Assembly: GCA_965285935.1 (NCBI GenBank)
Contig: OZ260664.1
Location: 40,858,001-40,922,000, forward strand
DNA: 64,000 nucleotides
Origin: Ophelia neglecta
Lineage: Eukaryota
Direction: 5' to 3'
Below, piece by piece: positions 42,384 to 54,814 of this stretch. Position 1 is the first letter of the stretch; each line of letters begins with the position of its first letter. The translations under genes were made by a program, and so were the position numbers. The notes under the pieces are model-generated. The model was not told the origin of the DNA. It did no database searches and saw only the letters and a program-made list of their open reading frames with translations.

Positions 42384-45300
42384 ATGTTACTGAACAAATG
42401 CTGTTGCTTTTCTCTGAAGACAGGAAGCATCGCTTCTGGAATATTCACTCTTGTAAGTTTATACCTCTCGTTATTAGTATTTTGTCGAATCAAGGTATTA
42501 TATTAATCTATTGTATTCTATTAGAAGGAAGATAACTACCTAAATGTAGTACCTGCACATTTAAATGCTCATCTATCATCATTGTCATGGATATCACTTC
42601 ACAACTGAGTTTAAATAGTGACCAGCCAGCTTTAAGCTTTAGCTCTGAGAAGGGTACCCCTGGGGGATTCTACAATGTGAAAAAACAAGATGAACAACGC
42701 GGTGTGTCGATCAGATGAGAGCTTACAGAGAGAAGGTTGCATGCTCTCCGCCTACTAGAATATCTTTTATCCGGTTTGACGTTAGGCCCATTATGCCGTA
42801 CCATGAAAGTTAAGGATCTAGTTTATGTTGTGAGACCCTGCCAAGACCTATACTTAAATACATAAAAATGCATTCCGTTAACCGACCTCTTTTCACGGGT
42901 TTGGTGGAAATGTGGAATAAATTCAACCAGTTGTGTTTTGCATGATCTACCTGCAAGAAGTCCATACTACTACGGAGATAAGACTTGACTGGCGCCAGGT
43001 GTATCATGAGTTCATTGCAAACAATGTGTTTCAGCTAGTGATATGTACAACCCTCAGTTTACTGATGTTTTGCGTCATTGAGGTCCACTTTACACACACT
43101 TTTTCTGCCTTTTTGTCAATAGCCCTTGAGATATCGAGATAAGTATTCACTGCCATCAGCACTACGCCACATCTATCGCCCCTATCCCATTTATATATGT
43201 CTTGAAATCATTTATGGATTTATAAGTTGCCCAACAGTTATATGTCTTCTTTCAGCAAGGTCTCATTGTCCGCAAGGGCTACCAAATTCTGCCAGAAGTG
43301 CAAATCCCAATGTGGCAGCCCTTCCTTATTACAATAAACAAGTTTGAAAAAATGTGTAATTTATTGTTTTGGTCGAATTACCGGCTGCCATCCCTACCTT
43401 GATCCACCCATTTAGAGTAGCATTATACCCTCAGTTAAACACCAGCCGCAGTCCCCGAGCAGAGAACTCAGTAAGAATAATAGACAGAAGGTCGGCCACA
43501 TTGATGACGAGCTCTCGATCGGTACGCCGGTGCACCATCATATAGCACTTCCACTTTATCATGTTACAGACTTGTTAAAGTAAGCCAGAAGAACCTGAAC
43601 TAGAGTTGCATTCCTGACCAATTTTGCGGGGCGGCCATATTTACTTTGATAACGTGCGTTACCCTAGTCAATGTCCAACCGTGATCATCATAACATTATT
43701 AATAGCCTTTCTAGATGACGAAGCTAATCTTTCTTTTAAGATATTTCTAATTTTGCGTAAATCGGCGCAACAAATGACGGAGTAAGCGACGGACTGGTGA
43801 CTCTAGGGACAGGCTTCCGACGGGTGGAAAAGATGACTTGAACATTTCAGCTAAACGTTTAGCAAGCTGAACTAAACACGATTGTAGGTGAAATGTTTGA
43901 AAATTAAAAGAACCGTATACGATAGCTGACAATGCAGCATGTTTACGATATCAAAGGAATCCGTGCATCATACGCTCTAGTGACAATCTGTATTCGCTTG
44001 TGTTACTGTCCGTTTGTTCTCGAAAAGTTAAAGCATCCGAGCGCATAACCTCCATTCATACACCAGTGATTAAACTTCCATGCCTCACTGCCACAGAAAT
44101 AAAGGCTTAAGGAAATATCTAAAAATAATAAGCTCTTCATCTTTTCAATAAAACACTGACTCTTTAGGTTTAACAGTAACAAGTATTTTTCCCTGTAGTT
44201 TTAATAAGAAAATATGTACGCTTCTAAGCCACACTAATCGTGTACACCAACGTATTGTACGAAACAGCTAGAAAACAACCACGTAGGCATTCAGTTCTGA
44301 TGGTTTGTTAGCAACTTTTCCATGCCTAAGTGAAAGAGAAGGTCCGTTGGTTGAAAAGAACAGCTATCTGATTAGATCAGTTTGCCGTTGACGTGTTAAA
44401 TAAAGTAACAACAATCAACATTGCTATTTATAGGCCTATACGATTCATTAATTACTGTGTCCCTGATTCTTAGTTATGATAAATAATTGTTAATGTTTAA
44501 TTTTCTAAGACGACATCAATGGTACAGTTATTCCTACAGACGGCTATCTGGACGGGGTCAAGTGAAATAACGGATATCAGTAAGTTAATATGTGTATAGG
44601 CTCTATACGTTGTAACTAATACTTGTAGATATTCACTGTTAATTATGTTTAGGGACGGTGATCTGTTAAGCATGCTTTGCGATTTATGATAACCAGAAGA
44701 GATAAATATCTTGTGATGTCTTTCTATGAACCAATTCATTCACATTATTTTCTACTGGAAAGTAGTATTAGATTTCGGGAGAATTTCACACATCGATGTT
44801 ATGATTTGTATGAAGGAGGTGTCACAAATTCGACTAATGAATCAAAATATTTGCAGGTAAATATATTTCCGATGGGGCGAACCTGACTTGGACTTTGTAT
44901 ATTGCCTTGTCTGGCTTGGATGTTGTCCTAATTCTCGTTTCGTTAATTCTTATTTATGGGGTAGAAAAGGTAATACATATACATTCATATTTGTTTTCGC
45001 AAAAAATATGAGCGAAATAAAAACCAATTTTACAACATCTCCAAATTCTTTTGGAAAACAATCAATGTATGTGAAAACTGGTAAACAGCATTTTAAATTT
45101 TAACTGCGTGGTCCTACCGAAACAACAGGTTAATTGGTGTCTCGGTTAATAAGCTTGTGATCTGCTAACCTTCATCTTTGATCGAGCAAATACAGAGACA
45201 AAGAATGCCCCATACTCCTGTCTGAATTTTTTCTATAATCTAATATATGTTTTTCTTACTGAAAGTTCATTTGATCGCCTTAGGAACTATCACCTTCTCA

Positions 45301-46528
45301 TTTGCTTCCTTGGCTCATTTTCTTACCAATCTACGTCATGTGTGAAGCGGTTTTCAATGTCAACTATATCATCGTCCACACCGACCCGCCACCCCCCTCG
45401 GGATGGGATTCCGCCCTCAGGATCTATACAACCAACGGGGTAGGTTCATTGCTGTTATAAAAAACATGATCAACTCTTAACGTTTGCCCTTTGAATCAAT
45501 TTCGCATCAATATGCAGGAGAAGGAAGGGGGTGGGGCGGTTAAATAGACATGTACAAACAAATTAAAAATCCCCGTCCGGGGAAACAAGTCCCAACTGCA
45601 AGCTAGTTCAAGTTTTGTTAGTGAAGAAGTGATAAATGTCACATTACTCATTATTTAGCGGTCAGTCTAAGCATCCGGGTTATAGCCTTTATTCTAAGCT
45701 ATGTCAATTTTACTACTGTGAAGGTGGCGTTTGATTCTTTCAACCTCATCATATCTAGAAAATTGTTCTATTGCTAGGAAATATGACCAGGACTACTTTT
45801 TGCTATCATATTCGTTCTTTTCTAAATGACCACGCCTAACTCTTTTCAAGGTAAATCCTAAACGAATATATTTTCCCTTCTTTTCAGGCGACCATTACAG
45901 CTCTCCTATACTGGTGCCTGAAACTCTTGATAAATGTAAATTTCCTTTCCTGTTTGAGATCAATTGCATAATGTCCAAATAGTCCAACGTGCCGCTTTTC
46001 ATGCCACTAACGGAGGTCGCTTCTTCATTTACTCCTAAGATGTGTACATTTTTTCGCCAATATATGATGTTGCATTTCTTAGGACTTTATTGTGCTCACT
46101 TTTTTCAGACCATTGGATTTTTCGGCGTAATATCCAGGTATCAACAATTGAAAAAGGAAATTTCAAAGACGAAAGGTATTCGTGGGGCAAACCAAGGCTC
46201 ACTTGATTACCCTTTCAGAAATAAAAACTCCCGTCACTACCAGCCTGTAGGCACAGAGCACAGGGAAAATTCGTATCAAACTGGCTACGGGAGATTCCCC
46301 GGTAAGGTGCAGCGCTATCCCTACCTAGCCCACGACGCCACCCCAGCGCGGCCTTTTGAGTACGACCCCAGGCGAAGGCGGCCTGTCTGGTACGAACCAA
46401 GGCCAGCACGGCCGGTTAGGAGGGAGGAGAATTCAGAATACAGTCGACCTACGACCTATGTCCCTAACCGTCCACGACTACCTCCCCTGCCACCTGCAAG
46501 ATTCTTGCATTCTGATACCAGGTTTTAA
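42384..46528 (+). CDS. Four-transmembrane protein, paralogue A (291 aa; LAPTM/DUF4728-like architecture)
   Basis: Exons 42384-42452, 44510-44579, 44857-44969, 45284-45439, 45888-45935, 46109-46528 (GT-AG; phases 0,1,0,0,0; 876 nt). MLLNKCCCFSLKTGSIASGIFTL|TTSMVQLFLQTAIW...LYIALSGLDVVLILVSLILIYGVEK|ELSPSHLLPWLIFLPIYVMCEA...|ATITALLYWCLKLLIN|TIGFFGVISRYQQL, followed by a Y/R/P-rich tail. Confidence 0.9.
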
Positions 46529-46579
46529 TTTAAATGCTTTAGAAAGGTTTCTGGTTTTTTTCAACTGAGATTTTTTTTT

Positions 46580-47035
46580 GAGCCCGAAATAATATTTCGA
46601 TGCTCAAACAATATTTTAATCACTCAAAACTGCTATTTTATTTCGTCATCATATAATAAAATTTAGACAGCACAAAATAATATATCATTTGCTCTAATAG
46701 TATTTCGTTTGCTCCAGATGGGATCTACGTTTGCTCAAAATCGTATCTCGTTAATTTAGTACAAATAATATTTATTTTTTAAATTATTTTAAGTAAACAA
46801 AATAAATATTCTTAGTAAAGAAAATACCGACTGTTAAGAGTTAATGAAGTATTGTTTTGACCAATGAAATAATTCAATTTAAACGAACCAAATAACTCAA
46901 CTTTTGATAATATACTATTCTGTTCTAATGAAATACTATTCTTGGCAAACAAAAAAGAAATAAAATCAGAGTGGTCAAAATATAATATGGACTTACTACA
47001 GATAATAAAGAAAAACACGTAGGCCCTTATATGAT
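46580..47035. repeat. Degenerate AT-rich tandem-repeat tract just after the paralogue A stop codon
   Basis: Recurrent approximately CAAAATAATAT(A/T)TC(A/G)TTTGCT units, highly diverged; probably a transposon remnant. Confidence 0.4.
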
Positions 47036-47599
47036 TTTTAATGACAAAGAGCGGAAAATAAGAGACACCATTAAGGGTGGTCGTTCGCTACGGGATGGAG
47101 GAGGAGGGGAGGGGGGGGGGGGATCCTCAGTCTGGCCTCGGAGATAATTAATTTGAGACTTTACCCTGTCAGAGAATGCGCCCATTCTATTACCTGGTGA
47201 TGAATGTACATTGCTCTACAAACTCCCGCTGGTTTTGTTTGCGCACCCTTTCATACTAAAAAATGTCCCTATTAACTGTCTAAGGATATTGCTTTGTTTT
47301 CAGCTTGAAGTTTGCTTTTTATTCGTTTTACCTTCGAAAGAAAGACGCGTATCTTTTTTTCACAGATACGCTTTTCATTTCTCAGTACGTGGTAACATTT
47401 TTTCTTTGGAATGGGTCATCTGGGTCAATATAATGGGAGTTTCATTCTATTCTTCTTTCATGGGTATTTTTTTTCGTGTATGTAAAATTTCCATTTTTTG
47501 GTATTGCAAAAAGAGTCATACCTCCCCCTGTAGAAACAGCCAGGTTGCCTGCGAACTGTAAAGATGTAAGTGGAAGGAGGGTTTCTGCACCTTGTAATG

Positions 47600-48950
47600 G
47601 AGAAAAAACAGATCATTTGTGATAAATTCGATGAATGTTTTTAATATTAATATAGGTCCCAGTTTTTCTTATAAAATCTCTCAAACTGACAGTAATCAAT
47701 AAGGTCATCCGAGGGTTAATTGTTGCCACTCAATATTCATCGAACCAATAACCTGTCATGAACGGAGTCCCCTAATAAACCATTTAAGGGATAGCAATGC
47801 CAGTTTTCATAAATCAGAATCATGTTTGTTTTATCCTTCCACTTTTTCATATTATCAAATTGTCATATGAAAAGGGGGTAGTCCCCGGTGATCTAAAAGT
47901 GGCATGTGTTATATTATTGTTTATTGTTTATTGTTTATTGTTTAAATCTGGTGATATATCTGTGTTTATAGCCTTATGGAGTTTATAGATTTTTAGACCA
48001 GTTTCGATTTTACCAGTGTTTTCCAAAATATGTGAGAGGCTTATGTATAGCAGACTCTATGGGTCCATATTAGGACCTTTGCTTTTCTTACGGTTTATAG
48101 ATGACATCACTGCTGTATCTTATATTACTTTCCCTATCATGTTCGCGGAAGATACTTAAGTATTCATCCAGGAAAAGGATATAGATAATATGGAATTGGA
48201 TAAATTTAAATTATGACTCATGGCCAATCGATAGCCACTGAATATCACTAAACACATTCAATGTTATATACGACAAATTCAAGTTGAATAAAAAGAAACA
48301 ACAATGTAACTAGCCACCAATAAGGTAAAAATTGGTACCTTTTTCTACTATTTTTTTAGGATTAAAATAGATAATAAGTTTATTTGGGCAGAGCAAATTC
48401 ATTACATATCTGGAAAAGTTGCAAAGAGCATTTGCATTATTAAAAAATAAATACAAGGTTAACACTCCAGTTTTATTGAATTTATATTGTACATTTGTGT
48501 TTCCTTACCTAACCTATTGCAAAAAATATATGTAAGAGACCCACAAATTTATTCCACTAGGCTGTATTTATTACAAAAAAGGCTGTAAGACATATGCCGT
48601 ATTGGACATAAAGATTACACAAGAAATCTATTTAAATATCACAGAGTATTGACTACCTTTGAGATTAATGTATATTTGGGCTGCGTTTTCATGTACAAAC
48701 ACAAGTATTGGTCACTACCAGATTTTTGTAATAGTATGTTTTCTATCACTGGAGGAAAGCACCGATATGTCACTGTCACACCTGGAGTATCCATGTAAGA
48801 TTGAGAGACATGTTATTGTAGAACTTCTACTAGCCAAAACTACCCAGGGTCCAAAACTATGGATTCATTACATAATATCTTAGTGGATGGACGAGAATGT
48901 TAGTATTGGAATATTTAAGAATAATCTCGGGAGGGCAAATTTGCAGAGAA
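47600..48950 (+). mobile_element. Decayed, internally deleted LINE (CR1/L2-group) RT fragment
   Basis: LSYEKGVVPGDLKVACV and FRPVSILPVFSKICERLMYSRL joined directly to GSILGPLLFL (internal deletion); MFAEDT (degenerate FADD); FLGLKIDNK; LNLYCTFVFPYLTYC; many stops. Confidence 0.88.
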
Positions 48951-51849
48951 AACAGTTTGACTATGAATTTATAGACTTGGATAGCTAGTTACTAGGCTGG
49001 TGCTTGTTTTGCTTTGTTTAATTGAATATATTTTTTTATTGTTTTAACTTTATTCATGGTAAACCTTTGCACTATTACACCCTTGCACCATAATACATGA
49101 TAATTTTAAAACTGTTAAGTGAATAAGGAGACCAATAAGCTTTGTAAGCTTCTATTCTCCAAGAGACTCTTGTAAATTTATGTAAAATTAACCTATGAGC
49201 ATATCATATTATGTATGGGAAGAAGTAGTTTATTTTGGTGTCTTTTTTTTATAAATGATTCATAGTTTATTTAATAGAAGTTGTTATGACATGGAAGGAA
49301 AAGGAAATTTGAAATCAATTAATGTGTTACAATATTCTATATTAATTTTGAATGGGTACTTATTACCCCCCCCCCCCCTTGGATAGAGTCACAGTTCTCC
49401 CCCCCCCCCTCCCGAAACCCACGAAACCAACTCCCACCACACACCCAAGGATTTTATATTAATATCCAGCCCCCTTAATATACATCCCAAACATGAACCT
49501 ATCAAACATGAACCTATCAGTGTTTAAATATTGAGCAGGAAAGTGCAGAAAAAAAGAATTGTAAACAATTATATGGCTTGGGTACTATGGAGTAACGTTT
49601 TCAAACCGAATAGGTATGCTGAACCGAACGTACTGGAACAGCTAAATGTATCGAAGGCTGGCATCATTTTAATCAGAATGACCATGGCACTGCCCGGCCG
49701 GTTACTTAAACTGGTCCTACGGCATAAATCAACCATACATAGTGCATCTATGGAACGTCTAATCTGCTAATTGTACTAATTTCGCATGTTAAAATCGATG
49801 TTCCCAATATGTACAGGACGGCAATGAGGCCGAATATCGGCTTACTGCAGCTCACTGATATCGTGCTACTTTAAAATATATTTCAACAGAAAATATTGTA
49901 TTTTCTGGGTATTTTTTAAAATAAATGGTTAAAACTACTCTTAGCAGATACTCATTTATTTGAATTATGTAGTGATAAATTAAACGATGTATCTCCACAA
50001 CCAACACAAACTCAAACGCAGATAGGATTCGTGATCACTGTTGTGCGGAGTTCAGTGCGGCACTCTGTGGTGCTGTGCGGCGAGACGATACAGGTACTCT
50101 TTTGGAGCCAATGACGACATGAATAGCATGCGCAAAGCCTGCTTCCGCAATGAACTCTAGTGCAGACTAACTAAAGGAAGCGGAATCATGAAATGCCTAT
50201 TTGTGGTGATGTTTTGTCACGAATAGCTTGTGCCCATTGCAGAATTATATATCGGCCTCATATATTTGCCTTTTTGTTGAGTTTGCGAATTAATAGCGAC
50301 AATAATAAAAGCTCATAAAACAACATGGCATGTTGTGACTTGTTTGCCGGTTTTTTTATTTTCAAATATTCATTACACTACCACCTACTTTCCGTTCACG
50401 TTCAGTTATTACTGTTTGCAATAATGCACTAGTAGTGTCATGATGTATGCTGTGTAATTATGCGGCGATATCGGTGGTGCTACTTGCCTTATGATTCGAT
50501 ACTTTTCACAATTAGAAAGTATTTGTCAGCTGTGAAACACTGGCTTATAAAACACTGATCGGACGCTTGGGTTATGGGAGTGCCCTGCTCATGCGTCTAC
50601 CAGAGCTAATGATGCCATTTGCCCCAGTGACCGCTGCACAGTAGTATCTTGAGCAGCTATTCCGAAACAGTGTACATGATTTCCCTGCTTTAACACATGT
50701 TTACTTCCTTCCTTTGCTGTTTTCCCCTTTTTTCCGCACTAGATTACCCATTCCACATGCATGAGCTTTGAAGAAATTGCTGCAAGCAAGCTTCCACTGA
50801 CCTCGTACACCGAATCTGAATATTGCTTAACCACCCCATCATTTTATAGCCATTTCAAACCAAATCTGAGTTAAAAATTGCTGCTATAAAATTATAGGGC
50901 ATTAGGGAACATCACTATTGATTTTAGTTATAGTTAGTGAATATTTCGTAAATAACAATTTTCCTATAAAATTATCAATATCCTACAGCGTATATATCAT
51001 AACTGTTTAGAGGGGTTGTTCCCGAGAGGTCAAACGTGACGGTTTGCTGAATCTGGGTCTTTGAGTTTATACAAATTAGGGCATTTTGAATTTAGGGCAT
51101 TTTGAATTTAGGGCAATTTTGTTCAGTGGTGCCAGAGTTCACATGGGATTAATACAGGGTATCTGTGAATTAAGGACCACATCTCGGAATTGAAAATTAA
51201 GATTTCTGTTCGCATGACTATAAAACTACTGTCCATTAAAAGCAATTAATAGGCCTACCTGAGGTGTTGATTTTTAAGGTGAATTATAATTGGTTGACCA
51301 ACACTACCTTTATTTCTATTTAGATACGCCGTTTATAGATAGTGTACTAGGCCTAACTTCACCTCTTTGAGGATATGTCTCATCATATTAAGAAATAATC
51401 TTGATGCATGAAAGTGGGTAAACTACTGTACGGTCGGTCTGGATATATGGCTATTTATATGCAGTCTTGCTTATTGAGCTACTACTTCATCTGCATCATT
51501 TTACTGCTTAAAGTTAGGCAAACCTTGTTCACTACACGACCGAGATCCCTATATCCCGACTCAAATGAACTATTTCAATCGGATGTTGAAATAGGTTTGA
51601 TCCATCTAGCACAGCTGCTATTCTGTGTTTATTATCATCCAAAGGGGGCAGCAAGGGGAACAATTTGAAAACGGGTATGATAATATATCACTTTAAGGAG
51701 GAAGAATATAATGGTCCTGATCATTGCTCGAAAGTGTCACGCGTCATTGCGCATGCCAGACATAAGTTTTGACTAGAGACACATTCAATAAACATGCAAC
51801 ATATGGACTGCGACATTCAGAATGCTCATTACTTTGGAGTAAGTTGTTG

Positions 51850-52390
51850 TAAAAGTGTCTACACATTAATTTAAAAATTAACAAATCATCTCACGCCTTT
51901 ACATTTGGGGGTAGCTCATGCCAATACTTTGCACTCTAAAAGCATATGTCATTTGACCCTAGACACCCTTTCCTGGCAAAACAAAATAGTGACTGCTATT
52001 CCTGGTTGAGAAGCCATGTGACACTCTACGGCTAGATACAAGGACCAATGCCATTTAAACATTAACCAGACAATGTTGTATTTTATTTTACTTTGCACAT
52101 TGAGCCAATTCAGTTTTACTATTTGAGCAGAGCCAACATGGTCACTAACACCCATACTCAAAATAAATCTTACTTCTTTATTTTGTGCAGTCTGAAGCAT
52201 ATGTTTTGATCTTTGAGTAACTCCCTGAAACAAAATCCACTACCATGGTCCAGGAGTGGTTGCAATAAGGCATTAACTAACAGCCTTATTATCTCACTGT
52301 TCAGGCAGCTCTGATTCTGATACAAGAATATCTGTTTCATATTTATCTTATTGATCAAATATTTGGCCATATTTTCTCCGAACATATGTT
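51850..52390 (-). mobile_element. 3' fragment of a LINE related to the 38-39 kb element
   Basis: ORFs 52170-52385 and 51949-52233 give IFLYQN..LVNALLQPLLD and LQTAQNKEVRFIL, matching IKFLYRNS..LCMSLVQSHFY and LQCAQNKIVRFIL in the 38.8-39.0 kb copy. Confidence 0.8.
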
Positions 52391-52399
52391 GATTAATTG

Positions 52400-52960
52400 A
52401 GAACCTTCCTATTGGAGCAGTTGAGCAAACCTAGAAACCTTGGAATATATGATGCCCGTAAATTATGAAAATGCAATCAACACCCTGGTATATATGAAAC
52501 ACATCTTCGAGTTTGTTACAAACACTTCATTGATCTAACGGAGGCTTACTTGAGCAACCACTTTCAATTAACAAATGATGGTTCTTTGTTTTAATCTTAC
52601 ATAAAGTCTATATATTTAAATAAATCAACCACAAGTAATATAATTTGGTATATATCGGAACACTACATTGAGATTCCTATACAAAATACACCTAGTCGAC
52701 TCCATGACATTATTATGCCAATCCTGTTTATAACAATCTGTCAACCGGAGTTTAGACGTATACAAAAACAATGTGACGTCGCCCACTCCCTGTGTTTTGC
52801 CATACATCACCAAAGCCAAATCTTGGTGCACAGAAGTGACTTAGGTTGTCAGCTTATGTTAGCCCAGTTATTCTGGTTCAACCCATATTTTAGAACCCGA
52901 TAAATTTTCCTCATTATTTTATTAATATCACTTTGTGACATATTTAACCACAACTTGATT
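52400..52960 (-). mobile_element. Second, different LINE 3' remnant
   Basis: KLRLTDCYKQDWHNNVMESTRCILYR and a downstream NHHLLIESG-like segment resemble C-terminal regions of non-LTR ORF2 proteins; heavily decayed. Confidence 0.5.
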
Positions 52961-53029
52961 ATTTTTACATTACGGCTAATATGCAAAACATTACACTAAA
53001 CGTTTTGACTTATTGTGGTTGAAACTACG

Positions 53030-53127
53030 CCGTCGAACGCTGGACACCGGATCCCAGACGGACGGACGGGCGGACGGTCGGACGGAGCACCCAACTACAT
53101 AACGCCTACTTGCGGGATGTACTAAAA
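53030..53127 (+). mobile_element. HINE/DINE-like 3' end: (GACG)n microsatellite plus terminal hairpin remnant
   Basis: GACGGACGGACGGGCGGACGGTCGGACGG followed by ATAACGCC...GCGGG...TAAAA. Confidence 0.4.
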
Positions 53128-54814
53128 CCTAACCGACTTTTACTATTAATATTACAGAAAAGGTACGCCAGCTAAGCCGAGAGAAGTTTAATAACGCAAA
53201 CGCTTGGACGACCATGCACGATACATCAAAATACTGGACAAATCAAGAAATAAGGATACGTGAAGATCACGTTGATAGTCTGTCTAGTTGTCATTTCTAT
53301 TGTCCTGTGAAATTAGGCTGAAGTGTGATAATATACGTCATTAAACAGCAAACTCAAACTCAAACAATGCATGCGTTTACAGACTAGATATGTGCAAATA
53401 TTGGTACATACGTGGTTTGCTTTATGTGTGTGTCTATTACATTGAATACGACCAAAGTAGTGGCATGTGTATATTAATATTAAGTATTTACCAAGTAAAA
53501 GGTTAACTCCCGAATTAGAATTTTGCATCGGTAAAAAGTTCGAGCGGGTTTAAATTCGCGAATTTTGCGAAAAACTAAACGGTCGCGAAATTAGAACTCG
53601 CTTATATTATATTCGCATATGTATGCGCCAAAATGTTTACCATTTTCAAAACCCATACGAAATTTTTTACTCTTACAGTCATGTTGAAACTTTAATTCAA
53701 AATGCACCATAAGATGCCCATTATCGGCGCACCCATATTTATATTAGAACGCACATATTTGATCTTGCCTACCTGAATAAACCTATGAACTAACAATTCA
53801 TTGAAAATGTACGATCTCAGACATTGTTATCAAAAGTTTAAAGATTCAATGCACACGCAGAGTTAGTAGTTGCAGTGAGAAGTTATCATCGAAGATTCCT
53901 CTTCATGTCGCCTCTGGGCGATATAACAGCAGCGGACTGTATTTATTTGTGTTGATGAGAGTAGGGATGAAGGAAGGCCACATTTCTGATTTTTCAGCTG
54001 CCAGATAGGTAACAAGGCCTCACCGATGCCACCTAGTGGCCAATGATACAATGGTCTGAATTGTAATAATTGAATTTGATTGACCCTTCAACAACCCCAG
54101 AGAAATGGCCTTTAAAATAGTGTATTAATATTGTTTATCAGTCTCCGAGACATTGTGCTTCCCTGTTTTGAAATGTTTTCATGCAGCTAAACTTTAATTA
54201 AACATTCAGCAACCTGTGTTTATATGATTTAAAATGATATTTTGAACGGTTTTTGGACAGCAAACAAAAACCCCTTAAGCATTTTAAAGCTTTTTTCTTA
54301 GCATTTTTGAGCTTTAGACAAATTGATATTACGAGCATAGTCAAATGAGATATACCATTCATTCTACTCTCAGCTTCAACTAATTAAAAGATGGCTTTTA
54401 ATCATGTATACCTGATATTTTCCTGTAGGGCAATGTAACTGTGATTCATTGTTTTCAGTATATGTAAATTTTTCACTCAAGTGTCATGGAGTGAAAGCGA
54501 GTAATTGCCACGCTAAACTCCGTTTTAGAAAACTGTACCTTTACACACGGTCGTAAAGCTGGCTACATGGGGTGATAACTTTTGGCCCGTAGTTTAAAAT
54601 TCTCGCTGTCACGGTCAGTTGACGGCTATGTTGTTAACCAACCATGACCGCGCTTTTATCCACTATGGTGGTGACATTGGGCGTACAAGTTTAGACTGAA
54701 ACATATAGTCGACCTAGCTAGGAAGTACGGTGGTTTGTATTCAACTGCAGCTGTCCTGAGGGACACAAACAGGAAAGAAATCAGTAACACATTTGGATAA
54801 TCGACAATAGCAAG

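Noticed and set aside
45989-46108. 5' part of the 179-aa ORF as a stand-alone gene
   Set aside because: It is intron 5 of paralogue A; the real exon starts after TTTTTCAG at 46109.
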